IMG/VR virus record: IMGVR_UViG_3300044797_000034
Coordinates: 247 to 64,246 of that record
DNA: 64,000 nt
Strand: one strand, 5' to 3'
From: a virus
Lineage: Duplodnaviria > Caudoviricetes
The position numbers and the translations under genes are program-made. The notes below the pieces were generated by a model. That model had not been told where the DNA came from. It did no database searches and was given only the letters and a program-made list of their open reading frames with translations. This document shows positions 59,532-64,000 of the stretch, one piece after another. Each line of letters starts with the position of its first letter. Positions within the stretch are counted from its first letter, which is position 1.

Positions 59532-60026
59532 ATGCGACTGACTGAGAAGTTAGCTAAATACCACGCCGGGTTTCCTTATATGTCTGATAATGAGCGTCAG
59601 ACAAAATGGGCGTCTTTAGAAGAAGATGAAAAAGTAGCGTTCACTGCTATACTGAATGCTGCCAAGCCTGTCCTAGGACGTATAGGTGGTGCAGTGTCTA
59701 ATGTGGCTGGTAAAGCTAGCAAGGCTGTCGGCATGGGCATGACAGGCTTGGGCCTTTATGGGGCTGCGCAGGCTGCTGGGCAGGCGGCGAACGTTAACCC
59801 TAAGATGGCTGGCTTAATGGCCCTAGGTAAGGGAATGAAGATCCCAGCGTTAGGCCCAGGAATGCGCAATGCCGTTGATTTAGGCGGGTACGGATTACTT
59901 GCGGCGGGTCCGGCGGCGGAGATGGTTGCCCCTAATTTTGCGGAAAAACATCACAAGGCTCTGGCCCTTGCTGATTTACTTGGGTTAGGCGTAGTTTCGC
60001 GTGACCATTGGATGCCAGGACACTAA
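59532..60026 (+). CDS. Gly/Ala-rich amphipathic K-x-A protein
   Basis: ATG 1 nt after the sheath stop; KLA, KWA, KVA and KMA motifs. Confidence 0.6.
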   Translation: MRLTEKLAKYHAGFPYMSDNERQTKWASLEEDEKVAFTAILNAAKPVLGRIGGAVSNVAGKASKAVGMGMTGLGLYGAAQAAGQAANVNPKMAGLMALGKGMKIPALGPGMRNAVDLGGYGLLAAGPAAEMVAPNFAEKHHKALALADLLGLGVVSRDHWMPGH

Positions 60027-60050
60027 CCATTACAATTAGGAACAATAAAC

Positions 60051-60830
60051 ATGGCGACTTATCCAATCGGAGTTACAAAAGGGTTAGGAACGTGGGCTTT
60101 TCAGCAACACCACGTAGAGCGTTTGCTTGACAATGCGTCGTATGATGCGGCGCACCCGGATGATACGCTGCTGTTAGCAGGACCGGCACGTGCTGGCGTA
60201 GCGAATGCTACGTCTGCTGCGGGAGGCCATACACTACTTGCACTTGGAATGTTCCAGGGTTTCAACTGGTCAACGACGGCTCCAGTACAGCCAATGATGG
60301 CAATTGGTTCTGGTCGTAGCTTCTACCTTCGAGGTAAAAGCCAAACGCAATGGCAGATGACTCGCGTTCTTCTGAATGGCCGTAACCTTCTTCGTGCTCT
60401 TTACCACAGTGCAGTTGAATCGGGTATTGATGTCTCGCAATTCGATGACACCCCCGCGTTTAGCACGCAGGATGCCTTTTATACGAACCTCGACTCAGAA
60501 CTTTACTACGTTCCGTTTGGTCTGGGACTCATCATGCGTTCAAAGGCGCACAGCCTTATCGCATCGATGTACTTTGAGCTTTGTTGCATTGGAACTTGGG
60601 GCGCTGGCGTTCAGGCTGGTCAGGCACTCATTGTTGAATCAGTTTCAGGTCTATGCGACCGCGTTAATCGTTTTGCGCCTTCGGACGCAGGCCGCTTCTA
60701 CAACGTACCACGTAAGACAATTGACGCGATTCTTGGAATCGGTCCGACAGCAATGCCCCCAGCATCACTGAACGCGATTTCAACTTTCGATGATTCTGAT
60801 TTTAGCGTGGCTGATGTTCCTGCAGTGTAA
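60051..60830 (+). CDS. putative tail tube protein
   Basis: LGMFQGFNWS...QPMMAIGSGRSFY...YFELC...IVESVSG; downstream of the sheath. Confidence 0.7.
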   Translation: MATYPIGVTKGLGTWAFQQHHVERLLDNASYDAAHPDDTLLLAGPARAGVANATSAAGGHTLLALGMFQGFNWSTTAPVQPMMAIGSGRSFYLRGKSQTQWQMTRVLLNGRNLLRALYHSAVESGIDVSQFDDTPAFSTQDAFYTNLDSELYYVPFGLGLIMRSKAHSLIASMYFELCCIGTWGAGVQAGQALIVESVSGLCDRVNRFAPSDAGRFYNVPRKTIDAILGIGPTAMPPASLNAISTFDDSDFSVADVPAV

Positions 60831-60837
60831 GTCACTA

Positions 60838-60866
60838 TTGACATAGTCAAATATGTGAGTTACAGT
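60838..60866 (+). promoter_or_regulatory. sigma70-type promoter, probably leaderless
   Basis: TTGACA-17 nt-TACAGT-6 nt-ATG (60873). Confidence 0.7.
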
Positions 60867-60872
60867 TCTTGT

Positions 60873-61601
60873 ATGAAAAAATGTGTTCGTTGTTCTAACG
60901 ACAACTTTACCAAAACACAATGTTGCGCGACTTGCTGTGAAGCAGCACGTCTTAGAACTAAGCACCGGCGTAAACAACGCAAAGACAACGGCATTTGTAT
61001 TAACTGCCCTGCTATAGCTACTAGAGGCGCTAATTGTGATAACTGTTATGGGCGTAAGGAACAAGCTAGAGCCTTTAGAGACAAAAGAAAAACTAAGGGA
61101 CTTTGTTCTAGGTGCAGTAACACAATTGGCATCTCTAGAACATCTTTATGTGATGTGTGTGGAGAAAAAGATAGCGCACTTCATAAAACTAAACGGCGTG
61201 CTCACATGTCTAATGGGCTGTGCACCCACTGTTCTAACCCGGCTACAATAGGAAATTATTGCGAACGTCATTGGTTTGGCGCCAGAGCATCTGAAACAGC
61301 ACGCGGCACTTCTGGTGATGCTATACGAAAACTATTGATTAATCAGAATTATACTTGTCCTTACTCAGGTGATATGCTAATACCTGGTAAAAACGCTAGT
61401 TTAGATCACAAAATTCCAAAATCTCGCGGAGGTACACATACTGTTGCGAACTTACAGTGGATCACTCTCGTAGTCAACAGGGCTAAAAGCGATCTTTCTG
61501 ATGCGGAATTCATTGAGATGTGTCGCAAGGTAGTAAGCAAAAGAGATACGCTAAACTTTATGACAAAGGATTCGAATGATACCGCGCCTTCCACAAAATA
61601 A
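60873..61601 (+). CDS. HNH endonuclease with repeated N-terminal CxxC motifs
   Basis: Repeated G(I/L)CxxC...CxxC units; CPYSG...SLDHKIPKSRGG...NLQW...VNRAK. Confidence 0.8.
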   Translation: MKKCVRCSNDNFTKTQCCATCCEAARLRTKHRRKQRKDNGICINCPAIATRGANCDNCYGRKEQARAFRDKRKTKGLCSRCSNTIGISRTSLCDVCGEKDSALHKTKRRAHMSNGLCTHCSNPATIGNYCERHWFGARASETARGTSGDAIRKLLINQNYTCPYSGDMLIPGKNASLDHKIPKSRGGTHTVANLQWITLVVNRAKSDLSDAEFIEMCRKVVSKRDTLNFMTKDSNDTAPSTK

Positions 61602-63084
61602 CTTCTCCGGCCAGCCTTCTAACCTAGGTCCAGAGGCTAATGGTGGAGATCCACTAAGTAGCACCCAGCGGTCTATTAGACGCGGTGACGTGTGGACTGA
61701 GCCAGGACGCGCGGTTCGAGAACGTGGGCGTATAGTAGCCGTAGATGCCAATAGACGTTCTTATAGAGTTGTAACGCTTGGTGGCCGTAACATTACCTGC
61801 TTACGCATAATGGATTCTCCACAGGACCATGCTTTACTGCCTATCGGCACAGATGTCCGAGTAGATTGGTCACTCGGTGCTCCTTATATAGATGGCATTC
61901 TTCCGGCTGAAGGAGACGTGCCTTCAGCAGCAAGTAATGCTGTAGATAATCCTACGGGCACGGAAGGATTTGTAATAAATGACCCTGTACTTGATAGAAA
62001 CTATGGTGCTAATGCTAGACCGATAGGCGCACCGACCGATATACTTCCAGGTGACTTTTTACAACAAGGTCCAGACGGAGCATCAGTGGGCGCACTAGGT
62101 GGCCAAGTGGCAATGCTTCACGGCGGGCACTTAGCTCAATTGATGTTGTTTGGTGCGCAAGATCGTGCTGAACTCATAGCTGGTGTTCTACGCATTATCA
62201 CTTGGATGGGTGAGTCAAAAACAGTAAATGAGAATGGTAGAACTTCTTTTATATGGCGCGGTGGTGCGAATCAACTAAGTGAAACTGGAGCTGATGAAGA
62301 AAACTATACCATTCAATTAGACGTAGGTGCCACCGGTGATCTAGTAAATTTACGAGTGACAACAGTCGATCAGCAAACCTTGTTTCAAGCGCACATAACT
62401 GCTGATGGCCACATTGAACTATTCGGCATAGCAGGTGTAAACGCTACATACAATGACCGATTAAACACAGGTCATACTATCCGCTACGCCGGTGATATCG
62501 ATAAACGAGTAGAGGGGTCGGTTACTGACTATGTTACCGGTAATCAAACTAATACTGTTGAAGGTGATTTCTCTGAAGAACTTTCAAACAACATGGCCCA
62601 ACGCATTGGTAATGACTGGAACGTAAGAGCTAACCGTAATATAGAGTTAAATGCTGGTGGAGGGATGTCACGCCAAATCGTTGGCGATGAATTAAAGAGC
62701 GTTGGCGGCAAAAGTGAGGAGACTATAACAGGGCATAAACAAAGCTATGCTGATGACTATAACGAAGTCAAATCAACAAATGGCAGCGTAAAACTTACAT
62801 GTCAAAACGCGAATATGACCTTCGATGCAGGTAGTAACACAGTTGTGGTTACCTGCGATAGTATGGAAGTAAGCGGTAATAGTGATAATGCGGTTCTATA
62901 CACACCGCTTCAAAATCTTCTAAATACCTTCATAACCAACTATTCTGTTCATACACATGAAGTTGCTACTTCTGGTACTGCAGTAGCCCAATCAGGTCTA
63001 GCTGCACCACCTATTGACAGTACCTCTTCACTTACTGGGCAGTTACAACAATTACAATCGCAAAGTTTGAAGTTGGGCAGTTAA
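61576..63084 (+). CDS. baseplate central spike (gpV/gp5-like)
   Basis: N-terminal OB-like region, beta-helix-type repeats (V.G...) and C-terminal HTH (His-Thr-His) apex motif. Confidence 0.7.
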   Translation: MIPRLPQNNFSGQPSNLGPEANGGDPLSSTQRSIRRGDVWTEPGRAVRERGRIVAVDANRRSYRVVTLGGRNITCLRIMDSPQDHALLPIGTDVRVDWSLGAPYIDGILPAEGDVPSAASNAVDNPTGTEGFVINDPVLDRNYGANARPIGAPTDILPGDFLQQGPDGASVGALGGQVAMLHGGHLAQLMLFGAQDRAELIAGVLRIITWMGESKTVNENGRTSFIWRGGANQLSETGADEENYTIQLDVGATGDLVNLRVTTVDQQTLFQAHITADGHIELFGIAGVNATYNDRLNTGHTIRYAGDIDKRVEGSVTDYVTGNQTNTVEGDFSEELSNNMAQRIGNDWNVRANRNIELNAGGGMSRQIVGDELKSVGGKSEETITGHKQSYADDYNEVKSTNGSVKLTCQNANMTFDAGSNTVVVTCDSMEVSGNSDNAVLYTPLQNLLNTFITNYSVHTHEVATSGTAVAQSGLAAPPIDSTSSLTGQLQQLQSQSLKLGS

Positions 63085-63138
63085 TGCGCGGTCTTATACT
63101 TTGACTAAGCCGCGGGTCGGCCAAGGAAACAAATCATC

Positions 63139-64000
63139 ATGTATATGAACGTAACAGTTACTGCTAATGCCCCTTTCGCCGTAATGGATTATCTCGGGCT
63201 TGAGGCTCAGGACATCGGTCGTGGGTATCCCTTCGTAAGTGCTTCATTTAATGCTGGTGATGTTAAGTCATTTCAGCTTACGGAATCACAATGGAGTCGT
63301 ATGCGCGCTGTGCTTGATAAACTTGCGCAGTCACAGTTTCTGCCGCAGACAAGTGCTACGAGCGGTGTAAACATTGGTACATGGCAGTCAGTACTTACGT
63401 ATATAGCAGTACCGGTTCCGGGGTCATACGCGGGCATTGAGCAGGTAAAGGGTGCTATTAGTTTGGGCTCAGCGACGAACGCTATTGTTCTGAATGGTCA
63501 GCAATTCCTTCGCGGTAATACAGCAGTCGCAACTATTGGTGCGGGCACGTCTCTTTTAACTATCACGTCCTCACGCAAAGGTCCCGAAGCTAACAACATC
63601 TCGGTTACGATTGCTGCAGCTATCTCTGGTGGTTCCGTTGTAACAACTGTTACACCGTCACGTCAGGGATGGTTTACATCGATTGTAGTATCACCTGCTA
63701 CAGGGTCATTGGGAGCTAACGCGATAGCTTCTCAGATTGCTGCAAACGCACTAGCCACTACTTATATCGTCGCGGTTGGTGGTGGTACAGCTACTGTGCC
63801 ACAAACTACTGTAACACTCACAGGTGGTGAGGGTGGTTCACAATCGTATTACGATTTAATCAATGCGAATGCTGAACGTCTGCATCTTAAGGCGGTGCTT
63901 CCTGGTACAGCTGGTAATCAGATCTCTTTCGTTCTCAGTGCTGCATCAGGCGCGGGTAGCGTAACAGTATCGGGTACTAAAATCACGGTTGTTCCAGCTG
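63139..64000 (+). CDS. virion structural protein, truncated by the window end
   Basis: AAGGA RBS; ATG at 63139 (MYMNVTVTANAP...); appears open to the end; Thr/Ala/Gly-rich; TATACTT upstream. Confidence 0.65.
   Translation, partial: MYMNVTVTANAPFAVMDYLGLEAQDIGRGYPFVSASFNAGDVKSFQLTESQWSRMRAVLDKLAQSQFLPQTSATSGVNIGTWQSVLTYIAVPVPGSYAGIEQVKGAISLGSATNAIVLNGQQFLRGNTAVATIGAGTSLLTITSSRKGPEANNISVTIAAAISGGSVVTTVTPSRQGWFTSIVVSPATGSLGANAIASQIAANALATTYIVAVGGGTATVPQTTVTLTGGEGGSQSYYDLINANAERLHLKAVLPGTAGNQISFVLSAASGAGSVTVSGTKITVVPA

Noticed and set aside
1569-61751. Many short antisense or alternate-frame ORFs in the track (e.g. 2731..3075, 25706..26098, 27213..27650, 60376..60771)
   Set aside because: They lie within well-supported genes and have no motifs; treated as shadow ORFs.
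1-64000. CRISPR array, canonical tRNA or rRNA genes
   Set aside because: No regularly spaced direct repeats and no GTTCRANYC-type T-arm in a proper cloverleaf seen by eye; the Cas4-like genes are solo.
1-64000. Stop-codon reassignment
   Set aside because: Long conserved genes are intact in the standard code, and TAA, TAG and TGA all end genes at sensible boundaries.

Overview
This 64-kb window is part of a large tailed dsDNA phage genome (contractile-tail, myovirus type, standard genetic code). The minus strand mostly carries replication and recombination genes: class II ribonucleotide reductase, RuvC, family A DNA polymerase with an N-terminal UDG-like domain, primase-helicase, two Cas4-like nucleases, a ParB-like protein and a SNF2 helicase. 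The plus strand carries morphogenesis genes: terminase, portal, prohead protease, capsid, neck, sheath, tube and spike. The phage encodes its own multisubunit RNA polymerase, in which beta is fused to the N-terminal half of beta-prime and the C-terminal half is a separate gene, plus a sigma70-family factor. The most striking unexplained signal is a K-x-A motif strongly enriched in more than a dozen putative virion proteins, in the protease itself and in a linker inside the RNAP. It often delimits glycine-zipper or amphipathic modules, which suggests a protease-driven polyprotein maturation system (inference). Other signals: a TAWMCTT candidate late promoter upstream of nine plus-strand genes plus one near-match, a hairpin and cloverleaf array at 29.4-30.4 kb, and six dispersed endonuclease-like genes, three with their own sigma70-type promoters. 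All calls come from motif reading by eye; no searches were run.
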